64,000 nucleotides of DNA from Phoronis australis. Taxonomy: Eukaryota; Animalia; Phoronida. Within the stretch, counting starts at the first letter, position 1. Every line of letters starts with the position of its first letter. Below are positions 12,401 through 27,400 of this stretch, piece after piece. Below the pieces are notes generated by a model. That model was given only the letters and a program-made list of their open reading frames with translations. It was not told where the DNA came from and searched no databases. The DNA lies in NCBI GenBank assembly GCA_002633005.1, contig NMRA01000022.1, positions 1,586,485 through 1,650,484 on the forward strand, in the 5' to 3' direction. The position numbers and the translations under genes were made by a program.

Positions 12401-15400
12401 AATGGTTGCCAGAGCGTCAATCAACACATTTGTGTCCATACCGTGTAGTTTAGACTGCTTATCGCCCAAGACAGGAAATGGACCTAGAATGGGTCAAGAA
12501 AAAGATGAAGGAGATTCAGAAGCCGAAACAGCAATAGAAGAATTTACAGTTAGTTTTCAAAATAAACTTGACAGCGTCAAAATTTGACAAAGTTCCGATG
12601 CACAAAATTGCAATTAAGTTATACTCATTACTGTTGGTCTAAAATCCGTTTCAATGCTGACTAAATCTCGACACGTGTCTCTATAGGCACTTTGTCGAAA
12701 TTGCCGCAACTTAATGCGCAAGTCCATTCACAAATGAACAATTAGTGGCCAGGTACAATAATTTTACATTAAACTATGACTCAATTTAGACAAAAACTTT
12801 TATTTTATTGTGACAAAACAGCAGGAAACCACAAGACCTTGCATCCAGCACTGAGGTTCACTTTCACGACTTCTTAACCTTCATACAACGAATTTAATAC
12901 ACGGTAAACTTGGAAAACAATTTACCCCCTGGACAAGAACTTATTTGATTTTCAATTTCACAATTGTTGACAGTTCACATTTAAAACAATTTAGATAAAA
13001 TGTTGGTAAAGAAAATGTCTCTAAAATACGATTGGCAATGTTTTAAAAAATAATGCCAATGCAAGACACAATAGTCATGATGACAATACAGAACATGTGG
13101 TACAATAGAAGCAAAGTATACTGTGGCTTCACATTGCTTCAAACTCACCGCACTGCTGAGCTATAGCCACCATAGTGAAGTGTTTCACCATTGATGCCAT
13201 ATATGGTAGTACATGTGGTCGTAGCTCTTTAATGGCGGCAGCAACTGAAAGATAAACACAGATGTAAAAATTCTAGATATTGCAAAAATAGACATTTTAC
13301 TACTCAGCAATATGAACCAAAAAGGAAATGAAATGTAATTAATTAATTTTTAGTTGGCTACGACGATTAGTAGTGACGCAAACTGACACTGGCACAGAGG
13401 CTTTGTGAATAATCTAGTAAAAGACAAAGCTCTAAGTATAAAAGAATTTCAGACACCTTCACCGGTCAGCACTAAAGTAACACAATTCAAAGATTTCCTT
13501 ACTTCGAAACACAAAAAACGCACACTGCATACCCTGCAGCAATGTGGAGACATAATATGGATGGAAAGAGTGATGACCTATTCCAGAGCTTTAGACAATG
13601 GTTGCATAGTGTGCTGCAGGACTCACTAACAGAACTTACCAAACATTCCAGTCAGAGCTTGTTCTTGTACTTTCCTAGCGTGTTGATCCTGTGTCTTGTA
13701 CTGGACACTGTTGGAGCAGGGGATCTCACCATGGAAGAAACTGGTGGAGTAGGAATTAGAATAATATCAGGAGACGAGAAAGCATAGTGGTATGTCTCAT
13801 GAAAAGTGATATTTGGTTATTTATGAGACAACAACCATCCCACAATGCACGTGAACAATGTCGCATCGCAACAGATGAAATATACAACAAAGGATAATTA
13901 AGAGAGTGCCCCTACCTGCTGTGAGTGAAAAGATGGGTCAACATCTGTTTGTCATCGTCCAGGGACAGCGTGGAGACTAGGTAACATTTGATCACCTCCC
14001 ACGACTGCTTGCGGAAGTACGACTCAGTCGAGCTTGACTTCAGCAAGTTCAGAGCATGCTCAATAGCCTGGAATGATAGAAGGTAAAATAAAAAAGTATC
14101 AAATGATGTGGCCTGCATCGCCTGCAAAGTTGTTCGAAGGAATCATAATTACATATAAGAATGTCTAGCAAATAATGTGGTTACAGGGAAATTTCAATAA
14201 AAAAATAATTTATATAAAAATGTGCTCCAGTAAAAAAATATCCTTTAATTGCATTGAGATAATTAATACCAAGTACCTTTTCAACCGGGAATTGGATAGG
14301 CATCTTGCAATCTTGGAAATGGAGGGAAACACAGGGGCCGACTGACTCTTTTTCGTTGTAAGTCAGCTGAAATTAACAAAACAAATGCTTAACAGAACAG
14401 AACTCAAGCTACTCAACAGGAATAATCATTTCTCTTCAAACCCATGAATGTCCTAACAATGACAGTAGACCTTTTGGGATAACATTTTCTGATAAGAAAC
14501 CGCAAAAGTTGTCATGCAGTTATTGACCATCGGCCGACACAACAATCCTGCAAAGTGCTTAGCTGAATAGGGTCTTCTACAATATTATCCAGAAATGACC
14601 AGTTAAGTAAGTGAAGGCCATTCCATCCACTACTGAACGCTCATTTGTAGCCAAACATGCACACATTAACGTACTGCATGTAATGTTTCAAAGCACAAGA
14701 ACAGACAAGAGCTTACTGCTGACAAGAACATCGACAACAAATCCAAGCTGTAACACCGTGACAGCTAATGTTCACTTTAATCAGTTTCTAAACTTGACAG
14801 CACATCATACAACCATCATGAAACCATTACCTTCTGAGGTTCTCGCAGCATTTTACGGTTGCCGCCACCAAACTTGCCGAGTACTCTGAAGGCCACATGA
14901 GCGATGCTGTCATTAGGGTTACGTAGAGTCTTCCACAAGGCCTGCATCAGCTCTGCCCTAACTGGCTGAATATGGTCGTACAGGAAGTCAGGCTGGAGGT
15001 TGTCAACACACAGCTCAAGTGTCCTCAGGCCCTGGTAGAACACAAAGTATTGACAAAGTGAAAGGAGCCAATGTCTTCAATGTTATCTGTACTAGAATAA
15101 CTACACTTAATTACTTACAGGCATATTTCAGCTTCAGTTACAACTCTCCTGGTCCTCAGTAACAGTCAAAGAAACAAGTAAATGACAGACAGCCCAACGT
15201 ATAAAATTAAGTGAATGACGTAGTTGGCTTAACAATGAGGTGCATGTATTTTGTTTCCAAATTCTCTTTCATTGAACAAAGTCTGTGTTCTACGAGTCAT
15301 TGTGCTTGTTCAATGAACAGTATCAGTGAATCAATGAATGTTGGAAACTGGTTATTGGGCCACCTACACCAGTGCTATTTTTCTTTTGGCTAGTTTACCT

Positions 15401-18400
15401 TTAACTAAGGACGGGTTCAATAGAAACCAACTGTAAGATAGTTTTATCTCATGTACATTACAGGATTGTACCTGACTGACTAGTGTCTGTGACCCGTTCA
15501 GTGCTGACACCAGGGGGTCCATGAGCATAGGTAAGTAGGGCAACAACGAACTCAGTCTTACAGGTACAGTAAGACAAAGTTCAACGAACAGATCCTTCAT
15601 GTGTTGTTTGTGAAGACCGCTCTGCAGGCTGTTCAGACCTGCAAGTTAAAGACTATATTGAACACCACAACACAGCCTTTAAAGAAAGGTGAAGCTGAGC
15701 TTAACAAATAAATCTCACACAAGTTTGTTATTATGGTTACTTTAAACACTATGCATCGGTCAAATTCCAGTTAAGAATGATTCGAGTATCATTTGCATTT
15801 CACCTCTCGTTCACATACGGGCATATGTCATGACGTGATGTTCGAGATAACCAAGACAAAATGTGCCAAAATTTGTTAAAAATAACAATTTAATTCATGT
15901 TTGAGCTAATTTGATGATTAATTCAATTTAGTTTAACATTTGGTTGACGTACCAGTTGCACTATAAACACAACATGTAACAGTGACCAATTCGTAAAATT
16001 AATACCTTGCAATAGATTAGGAAGCAGGGGAAGAAATTCCTGATAGAGCAAGTCATGACTACCACCACCTATTGACCTGAAGAGAGCTCTCAACAACAGG
16101 AAATAGTTGTAGGGTTCCTTGGCCGACATAGCTAGTTCCATCGATTTGTTGACGATTGTGTGAAGGTGAGGCTTCAACATGGGTTCATTTTCCGCAGCAA
16201 ACAGCGAAACGGAGCCAAATACCAGCTTGAACAGCTTCAAGTAAAGGTTCGAACGATCCATGTTTGCTAAAATGAAGCACAGTCATTCATTGCATTAAAT
16301 TTGACTAATTGAAAACTTAGCATGGTTATGATGATAGAGAATTTAAAATTGAAACTGAATAATACACATTGACAAGCGTACTACACAAGATGATGCATTA
16401 GATATTAAACCAAATTTACTAAGTGCACACTGCCTTTTCTAAAACCTCAAATCTTGAGAATCGACATTTTTTGGTCAGTGGAGAATAAAAACTAGACTTC
16501 ATCGTCAGATTCTTCGAAAAGTCTTTAAATAAGGAATAAAATAACGTAAAAACGACTGCGCTGTGACTGTGACTCACACTACCTATGAGTGTACTGTGAC
16601 CCACACTACCTATGAGTGTACTGTGACCCACACTACCTATGACTGTACTGTGACCCACACTACCTATGACTGTAGTGTGACCCAACATTACATATGAAAG
16701 CACTGTGACCCCACACTACTTACACCCCATCTCTTCAAGTCGCTCCAGTAAGTACTCAACCAAAATTGTGGCAAACGTGGCAGAAGTGGTAGGATTGGCC
16801 AAAAAGGAGTTGGCCACAATCTGGAGTGCGTAGTTGTTGTGGATCCTTTCAACCATGTAATCGACGGTCGTGGAAAAGATCTCTTTGAACGTCAATGCAT
16901 TCATCATTGTGAACTGAAATGATATACGTTTTCCAAATACTAAAAGTAAATATTAAGTAAACCTCGTCCCTAAGTATATGTAAACATAAGCATAGTTCAT
17001 TAAAATGACTTTTTTGCTCATTAGTTTTTAAATCGTATGAGCCCTAACCAGTAATATGCCAACACCACAGCACCATAATATGCAGTCTTTAATGTTGTTC
17101 ACCAGACAACAGAGAGCTAACTTACCACACCAGCGAAATGTTCAAGAACTTCCTTCTCTTCTTTAGTACGCACGTTTTGCACACTACAAAATGAACCCAA
17201 GAATACAACACACACCACGAGGAGGTCAAGAAACACTTTAACATTCCAACAAATGGTCATTACAAACACATCTAGAACCCTTAAGTACAATAAAATATAC
17301 CACAAAGGTTAAAATAATTAAAACTTTTTGAAACAATTCCTCACACACACACAAATCACACAACATGATGAATAAAGGAAAACCTTTAGTTTCTGGTATC
17401 CGTGCTGCTTTGCGTTAAACCCTCCCAATTTATCTGTAGCAAGTCATATTTTACCATGATGATCTAAATTACTAAAGTTCACTAATCAGTGATGACACCC
17501 TCATTACCATGGGAACGTAATCCTATTCCTAACCCAAGAAAAGACAAATCACGACCTGCTCAAGCGTGACAAATGATACCTATCAAATCTAAGTTTTTTA
17601 TTTGGAAATGAAATGCATCCTACAAACAGAAATGACTCACACTGCGGGTCTAACATAGGTCTGTCCTGATGTGGTGATGTTGATGGTGAATATATCCAGG
17701 GCCTTCAACGCATACTTGACGAGTCTAACAAAGACTAGAGTTTCCTTAGGATGGAACTGTTTGTTTTGAACCAGTGTGGCATCTGAAGGACATAAAGGAC
17801 ACGGCAGGAGTAAAGGCTAAGTTCATGAAATTGATCTTCCTACTAATTGTTGGCAACATGTTGATCGGGAGCTGTGAGATTTGGAAAGTGTTGCAGAGTC
17901 AGAGCGATTGTTCAAAATACGCTCAATATCAAAGACAGGTTGAAATAAATTATAAGATACTGGCGAATCCAGAGACTTCGCATTAGAACAGATCTGGAAT
18001 TTTTCAGGCCAGATTCTGTAGTGTTACTCATGACACCTTTGTAGTTGTTATCAACCATTACTCAAATGACCTACAGAGACGAGATTAACAAAATTCCAAA
18101 AAAGATCTGAAGATGAAAATATCAAACGTGGCAATTCTTTAACTGAGAATGACAAGTGGGTCATGACTGTTTGCTACACAGTGCCAAAAGTAAACAGCGA
18201 GTTCACCTCATCCACTACCACTCACCTCCATTGGGACTCTTACACGTCGCAGTGCCCCAAGTGATAGTCTTTACACCACACACTAATGTACGGACCAGAC
18301 TACGGCAGTCAGCCACTGAGTATGTACCAGCCTGGAGAACAGTTGATGCATATATTTAACAGGACTGACCAGTCTTAGTAATTACACAGCATATATTCTG

Positions 18401-21400
18401 TCTTGGTATTAAGGGCCCTGAGTGCATACAAGTTTTACTTTGGATAGCAACCATGATGTTGCATTATTGCACTTCATGTTGACATTGTTGAATGACATCT
18501 TAAAACATTCTAACTTATCCAGTCCATAAGTTTTAAACAAACAGCCCTAGTATACCAATGGAAATTATTATTTGACTAGTTCATCCAATGGTTTCAACTT
18601 CTGATGAATAATCGACCTTGTGCATGTAATTAAACCCTGTGAAAAGCAAACATTAATTACAAATTGGTCCTTAGAAGTCTCCAACACAACAATTAATGGA
18701 ACATTTAAGTTTTCAATTTCTAGACACAAGGAACAAAATATTTGGAAAAAAGTGCTTCTGTGCTCACTTTTCAACAAACTTGTTTAGATTTTGCCTCCAG
18801 CAAATTCCAAATGTGACATAAGATAAACATACTTCTCAACTACTCAAAAAAATTCGCAGATATCAGGATTTTCATGACTGTACAACAAAAAAATCTTTCC
18901 CCTCATTCTGATAGAGTACAAAATTTTCAAGGCAAACTAACACATAACAGCAAGCATCCATCTCATACCTCCTTAAAGCACTCATTTTGAACACTAATCA
19001 AAATAGGAATAATTGTGAACAGGCAGCAAACAGTAAACTAAGAAATCCATTTATGTCCAATATGTCTTAAGCTTTACCTTATCTTCTATCTTGTCAACAT
19101 TGACTGAATTTGACGGAGCTGACGTAGTGGGAGTGGGAGGAGCTAATGATGGTGTGGACACGCTGGGCGTTTTGGGTTCTTCCTTGGCTGGTAAGTCCAC
19201 AGACTTACTATCAGACTTGGAGTCATGCGGTTTACTGGAAGAAGAGGAGACATTCTATTTACGGGATGTAGGCTGAAGTTCTGATGGACTTATTTACTAT
19301 CAAATGCTCAGTGCAACCAGTACGGACACATCACAACAATTAGCCTGGCAAACTATAACAAGTGCAAAGCAAACATGGCGGAAGTCTACTGCAGGCATAA
19401 TACAACAACAGATGTTTTCAAGTATTCATGACGATATTTCACTAAATGTTACTGCATGGAGCCAAACAATCACAAAAGGTCCCACTGTGCATGTTACAGT
19501 ATATCCATGATTCCATGTCCACTCATAGATTGCTACTTCATTCACATCAACAGAGCTTCATACAGAAGTTAGACAAATCAAACACCTAGGCATCATGCCT
19601 GCCAGTATATTGTGTTACACTGCTGTGACTTGATAAGGTGCCTTGGTAAGCTATTACATAGCACAACCAATGATGAGAAAAAATGACTTATAGTGATTTA
19701 GCACTTTATGTTTCTTTGGTGGCCACTGGTGGTCTGGTGATGTTATTAAGAATACGCGAGTACTTCGGAAAAGTCACATTACTGTAAGTCACATTACAGT
19801 TCAGCCATATTACTGTTCTGCCACATTACTGTAAGTCACATTACTGTAAGTCACATTACTGTAAGTCACATTAGTATAAGTCACATTACTGTAAGTCACA
19901 TTACTGTAAGTCACATTACTGTAAGTCACATTACTGTAAGTCACATTACTGTAAGTCACATTACTGTAAGTCACATTACTGTAAGTCACATTACTGTAAG
20001 TCACATTACTGTAAGTCACATTACTGTAAGTCACATTACTCTTAAGTCACATTTACTGCCATCTACATAATATTATGTTCCGCATATTTTACTGTTAGCT
20101 TAACTCAGATTATATACTAGAAAAAGAAAATGTACTTTGCAAAACGTTATGGAGGTGAAATTATTTCACTTTGAGCTAATTGTAAAATTTCGACGTATAT
20201 TCCAAGGTGAATATTCAGCTGATGTGGGGTCTTACTACAGCAATGGTTTTATATCCCGCAAACTTGTAAATTGTTGATTTGCAATATAAGTCTCCCCTGC
20301 TCATAGAAAAACCATCTTTCTGCTTTCATTGGCAATGAATATTTGTGGGACAAGGTGGAGGGCGATCATAATGTTTACATTTTCCCGTGCCTTGACTGGC
20401 TGGAGCTGATAGTTTGATGGACATGATAGAACTGTCTGTTCTGGTGCTTTAACCACTAAATCACTGTGAACCTGTAATGATGCTTACAACAGACTGATCA
20501 ATCACATAAAGGTTCACTCAGTAGGAACCTTCAAGACTCTGATGTAAACATGTTGTGAGGAATAGTCTAGAGAAGGCAGGTCCCATACAAGGTGGTGGTA
20601 AATATGTCCTATCTCTGTGTAACAACACTGCTAATTCCATACCACTTCGTCAGGATGACCGGCAGCTGGTGCTTAGCGATCACTTTGAATTTCAACACAA
20701 ACACTTCTAACATTCGCATCAGCAGTTGTCTCCCCTGCAACATGAAGCACCCTTGTCATATCAAGACTTCAGAGAATTTTAAAGGAATGAAAAAGATAAA
20801 ACATTTGCAATGCGTGAACAATATTTTACTGATAACACATTTGTTTAGTAATTCTCACAAGTTATCACATACAGTGGTTTCTAACATTATTCTTGAAATT
20901 TCAATAATCCTGTTTCATGGAGAAACCAACAATTAAGCCCTCATGATATGAACATTGGGTGTATCAAGATATAACAATCATTTGTCACAGAATGACCAAA
21001 ATGTCCCCCACCCAAATGGAAGAATGCATGGATATTAAAAAAGACGTCAAAGTCTCCAATATTAACTTCCTTTTCATGATATCACGCCAACACTTTCTGT
21101 GGAAAAATAATTTCTCGCTGGGACCTTGAAAATGAGGTCAAGGTCACCAAAATCGACTGGTGTCTGGAAATGCCCCAACTACACTTAAAGATTAACAAAT
21201 GAGATATCGCATCAACATCGTGTGACGTATGTACATTGAGTCACGAATACTGTATCTCTTGCTTCGCGATACCATGCAGCAGGGGACAATCAGAGATAGT
21301 GTACAAAATATAATAACAACTGCACTCAATCACCATCTCACGTTGGTGATATAAATAACTATCTTGAGTACTTGGACTGGGCCACGAGTAGTAATCTATT

Positions 21401-24400
21401 AAGTTAGTGTGAAAGCCATCACTTACGTTTCCATTGTCTTGCTCACTGCGTTGACTAATACACTCGACCAAGTTGAGCAGCAGTTTACACGACATGGTCT
21501 GTATACTACTGGGTAAGGAGTCGTCGTGCACATTCTTAGAGAAGACGTTAACAGCTAGCGACAGATCATTGAGCGGGAGGGTGGTGCGTACATGGTGTAC
21601 AAGATCAGCCAGGGTACTGTATGCTAATGGTCTGCAAAATGCCAGTTAAGAACAAAATTGTTGATTTATCAAATCCAAAGTTTGAATTACACTGCTCAGT
21701 CCACTATGTGACTTCAGTGAACTACAAAAATAACCCAACCCCAACGTATTTAAAACAGATGAAGAAAATTGTTAAGCGCTAACGATCAACTTGGGCAAAA
21801 TTAAGAAAAGGAAATCTGAAAATAAATGGAGGCAAATAAGAAGGGATGTAGACACCTCTACCAATTCTTGTGCAGCTGGACATCATCAATGATACTTACC
21901 TAAGTGATTCGTATGTAGTCCATCCGGAACCAATTAATGTATTCTCATCAAACAGTCTCTCAATATGAGGGGCAAACCCTATACAAATTGTAAAGAAATG
22001 TTTAAGATGGCAAACATCTCTCGACTAGTTAGACACAGATATATTTTTAACCAATGTCTATTAGTCTCACTAGGTTAAAGAATTTAGGGGATTTCATCGA
22101 GGGCACTGAAGACAATTTTCAAATGTATTGGGGAGGGGAGGGCAGTTGTCAACCCTTAAACATCTGATGACAATCCAGACAACTTAATAGTGACCTGACT
22201 CGTGATTTGCACTTGGAGAGATTTGCCTTCAGCGTGATCACACGGCAAATGTCTCAAGAATCTCCGACTTATTAAAAGAATTGGTGATCAATGTATTTAT
22301 TTGATGCAATTTGAGGTGCACCTTCGATCTTTTATTTTTCTATAATGGTTGATGTGTCGTACTCACAACAAAAAGTAAGTTGCAGTTGACTCATGCTTTC
22401 AATGCTGGTGCATGCAAGTGACAAGTGTTGTATTGTTTAAATGTCACTAAGTTATTTCTAATGTCACCAGATGTTTACAAGCAGACAAAAATCATACAAT
22501 CCATCTGAAAAATGTCAGCAGTGCCGAAAACAAAATCCCAGAATTACATGAAAATAATATTTAAGGTAATCATGTCGCTACTGGTACACAATCCTGCACA
22601 TCATGTCACTGCCACTGCGTCATGACTTATCTGAAAATTTTAAAACTTAATGGAAATGTAAGCTCTCATTTTCATAAGTTTGAGGGAAACTAGCTTCATC
22701 ATTGGTTGAAATGACCAGTCTATACTGAGACACATTAAATGACTATCTAAGCACCAAATGATGCAAGAAACTGATAGTTGGAAAAACGGCTGCTTCACTT
22801 TAGGACTGTTTCATGCATTACGAATGAGGGTCAAAGGAACAGCTGGCTCATAAGCAATGAAATGTACTAGAGCTATAAGTAAAAATGGCCGAGTCTATAA
22901 TTAAATTAAACTGTCCAGCAAATGATAAAGAAATGCTTACTGTTTCTTAGCTCTGTTGGGAAAATATGTCTCGCAGCAATTAAGAGTTCTTTTCTCAAGT
23001 GTGCCACTTCCTGGGGACACAGCGACAACAGTCCCAGCATGCCTTTCACCAACTGCTGCGAGTGCTGATTGACTTGCTCCTGGTAAGAGGAAGAGGAATT
23101 AAGACCATAATTTTCATCGTTTAGTATAAAGTAGGAAAATAAATGCAAAATAAACTGCAATATCCACGGATAGAACAGATTTTGGCTTTATTTGAAGCCA
23201 TCTGGACAGGATACTTTCTTTGAATTCAATGACAGTTTAGTACATAGTATATTGTATGAGCCGTCATTAATTTTGATTTGCACCAGGAAGTTATGGAAGT
23301 CCAGTTCAATTGACTTACAGTAAATTAGCTAATGACTATAAAAATAAGTCTATTTTTGAGACAACCGACACCGAAATCACAATGAAAAGCAATCGATCAA
23401 AAATTTAGACAACCTAATTACAGAATACAGTAAAGTTCAGAAAGCACGCCACTCACCTGATAAATTTTAATGATATACGCCAAGAATGATAGCGTTTTGA
23501 TCTGGGTAGCGATAAAGTCCACAAAAACTTCTTTGTTGAAGGATGGGCTTTGTCTGCAAAATAAAAATCACACCTGCGGTGTCATCAAAACTTCAGGAAA
23601 GTACAAAAAATCTCGTCAAAAACCGCCACAAAAGGGAAATTGTTGAAACTGGAATTAAGCAGCTATCAATGAATCTGAAACACAATACAACTGCAAGTCT
23701 ACATACTGCAAAGATTTCCGATTCCTACATTTTAAGTTATAACAAAAGTTGCAATTGCATTTGAGAACACTCTACTTTACAAAGTCTTAACACTAACATT
23801 TCCCTCATTGCTTAAAGGATTCTAATAATTAACAAAAAATATACTGAAATTTCTGCAGGTGAACCCAAGAACTTAGGCAGTGAACAGGACTGGATGAGCA
23901 TACAGCCAAATTGGTGCTGGATGAACACAGAATGTTACCCACACCATGGGTGTGTCTGTGAGAAGAAATGCTATCACAGTAATGCCATCTGTTGGAGAAA
24001 AAATTAAAGTCTCAGAACACATTACAGTTCTGTGAAAAGTAACTCCATAACGCCACATATCAAATTTCAAATAACAATGATTTAAAACACTCAAATGATG
24101 TGTAATATGAAATCAATGCAGATGGTATGGTATACATTGTGTTTTGAATATGAAAGCAAAGGAAATGATGCATCTTAAATACAGGATTAGGAAGATTTCC
24201 AACACAAATAGCATTGATTTCAGCACAAATGAAAAGTCACACTTGCTCTATTTAAACATACAATGGAGTAAAAGCAGGATACAACAAACTCAAGTGTATT
24301 AAAAATTATTGCTAAAGTTTTGTGTTTTCGTTAAAAAGCATAGATCGTGCATACTTAATGCCAATCTGCTTTACTTTGATAACAAATCAAAAACCCTCTT

Positions 24401-27400
24401 TGACTATTCTAATAAAATAACGCGTCACATAAAATTGAAAAACACGTTTTCATGTAATGTAACAAGAGCAACGCAGAGCGTTGAAATGCGCCCACAATTG
24501 CACCGTATATGGTATCCTTCTAGGGTCGTTTATTGGTACCATAAAGTGGCCAGTTGAGGGCATATATGTAGTATGTTGTACTTTGCAAAATGGAAAGGCA
24601 TGGTCATTGTCTACTCAATAGGCTAGGGGCAAAATGTTTGGTCGATAGAGGGGTGGACGCCAAAAAACAGACTCAAAAACAGTAAAAATGGCCACTGGGT
24701 GTCGCAAACTAGGTCGAATCCATCCGAAAACGGGAGGATAGCGTCATCGCACTAATAGGTGCCTACACACAAAATTTCATGAAAATCCGTTAAGGACTTG
24801 TTAAGATACAGACTGAGGTAAACGTAAAAAAATAAAATTGCCACTCGGGGGCACACTGGTAGGCGGATCCGTCCAAAAGTCGTCATCGTCTGTTGTTAAC
24901 ATCATATAAATACACATATTAAATTTCGTAAAGATCCTGCGAACGGTTTAGGAGAAACAGCCATAGGCGCAAAAAAAACTGCCACTAGGAGGCGCCACAG
25001 TAGTCCAAATCGTCTGAAAATCATTGTCAGCTGTCCTCTTTATAGTAAGCACATACATGCCAATTTTCACAATCATCCTTTGAGCGGTTTGGTTGATAGA
25101 GAGGTGGACGCAAAAATAGACTCAAAAATAGTAAAAATGGCCACTAGGTGGCGCAAACTAAGCCGAATCCATCTGAAAACGGGAGGATAGCGTCATCTCA
25201 CTAATAGGTGCCAACATACCAAATTTCATGAAAATTCGTTCAGGACTTTTGAAGATACAAAGGTAAGCGTAAAAAACTAAAATTGCCACTAGGGGGCACA
25301 CCGGTAGTCGGATCCGTCCAAAAGTCGTCATCTTCCGTTGTTAACATCATATAAATATACTTACACAATTTCGTAAAGATCCTGCGAACAGTTTAGGAGA
25401 TACAGCCCTAGGCGCAAAAAAACAAAACTGCCACTAGGAGGCGCCACAGTAGTCAAAATCGTCGGAAAGTCATCGTCAATCATCCTCTACATAGTAAGCA
25501 TATACATGCCAATTTTCACAATCATCCTTTGAGCGGTTTGGTTGATAGAGGGGTGGACGCACAAAAACAGACTCGAAAACACTAAAAATGGCCACTAGGT
25601 GGCGCAAACTATGTCGAATCCATCTGAAAACGGGAGGATAGCGTCATCTCACTAATAGGTGCCTACATACCAAATTTCATGAAAATCCAATAAGGACTTG
25701 TGAAGATACAAAGGTAAGCGTAAAAAAATTAAAATTGCCACTAGGGGGCACACCGGTAGTCGGATCCGTCCAAAAGTCGTCATCTTCCGTTGTTAACATC
25801 ATATAAATATACTTACACANNNNNNNNNNNNNNNNNNNNNNNNNNNNNNNNNNNNNNNNNNNNNNNNNNNNNNNNNNNNNNNNNNNNNNNNNNNNNNNNN
25901 NNNNNNNNNNNNNNNNNNNNNNNNNNNNNNNNNNNNNNNNNNNNNNNNNNNNNNNNNNNNNNNNNNNNNNNNNNNNNNNNNNNNNNNNNNNNNNNNNNNN
26001 NNNNNNNNNNNNNNNNNNNNNNNNNNNNNNNNNNNNNNNNNNNNNNNNNNNNNNNNNNNNNNNNNNNNNNNNNNNNNNNNNNNNNNNNNNNNNNNNNNNN
26101 NNNNNNNNNNNNNNNNNNNNNNNNNNNNNNNNNNNNNNNNNNNNNNNNNNNNNNNNNNNNNNNNNNNNNNNNNNNNNNNNNNNNNNNNNNNNNNNNNNNN
26201 NNNNNNNNNNNNNNNNNNNNNNNNNNNNNNNNNNNNNNNNNNNNNNNNNNNNNNNNNNNNNNNNNNNNNNNNNNNNNNNNNNNNNNNNNNNNNNNNNNNN
26301 NNNNNNNNNNNNNNNNNNNNNNNNNNNNNNNNNNNNNNNNNNNNNNNNNNNNNNNNNNNNNNNNNNNNNNNNNNNNNNNNNNNNNNNNNNNNNNNNNNNN
26401 NNNNNNNNNNNNNNNNNNNNNNNNNNNNNNNNNNNNNNNNNNNNNNNNNNNNNCTTACAACAGGGTGGGGGGTGGGGTGGTTTTGATGATCGGGAGGTAG
26501 AATTTCTCCCTCAACCGAAAAAATGTCCCTCACAGAAGGCACAGGCACCTTTTCCCTCAGATGAACGAGGGCCCTGTATATCACCCTGTATAACTTTGAA
26601 TACAACTATTATCATATATCGCTCCTACTCTGTTACTTTAAGACTAGGCAAGTAAGAAACAGTAAAATCAGAATGTGGCAAAAGTATTCACACAAAATGA
26701 AGATAGGAATTCCTTTATGATGACACATGGGCAGAAATAAAATTCATCGCCAGTGTAACCTTCCCTCATGACCAAGAATGAAAGTGAATTATCAGGAAGT
26801 TAGTAAGGTAAAAAATAAGCCACCCTGTAATTAGAACTTTGGCTGTCGTAATTTTGCTGTTAACAGAAAAAGTAGTCATGATGAAAAACAGTGGTTTGTT
26901 TGGCGATTACTTTCGTCATAGCGATACAATCAATACCAAATTACAAAATCCACACTCTAAAACTAACCGTGATTGGCTGTCCATCGTTATTCTTCTTTTC
27001 TGTCATAATTGTCGTGATCGTGTATGTCGACGATAACATCTCCTCCATGTTAATATCAGAGGGGTCACGAACCTTCTCCTGTGTCCGCGGTTCAAAAATC
27101 TTGGACACGTGATTAGGCAGGTCTTTGTAGATGCTTTTGACAAACTGAAGGAAACTCTGAATCTGACAACGTAGAAAATTGCTCATTATTAGCTAGTTGA
27201 AATATGACGGTTATGCAAATTGCATGATGTGAAAATGTTAGAAAGACACAAAAATCAACACAAAAAATAAGTTTCATAGTAAAAAATTCAAGCACCTTAT
27301 TCTGCCCTTTGGTTGAGATGGTATATTTTGTTAGGCGATACCCAGACACTTATTCAGGGAGTCACACATTGTGGTTAGGCTATACCAGTCCATTAAATTG

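Noticed and set aside
19810-20034. (VTYSN)n ORF or CRISPR-like array
   Set aside because: Contiguous 15-bp minisatellite with no spacers, in a eukaryotic intron.
25790-26605. Long ORFs across the N run; possible exon at ~26458-26600
   Set aside because: Gap artefacts; the readable peptide has no resemblance to the missing TRRAP segment.
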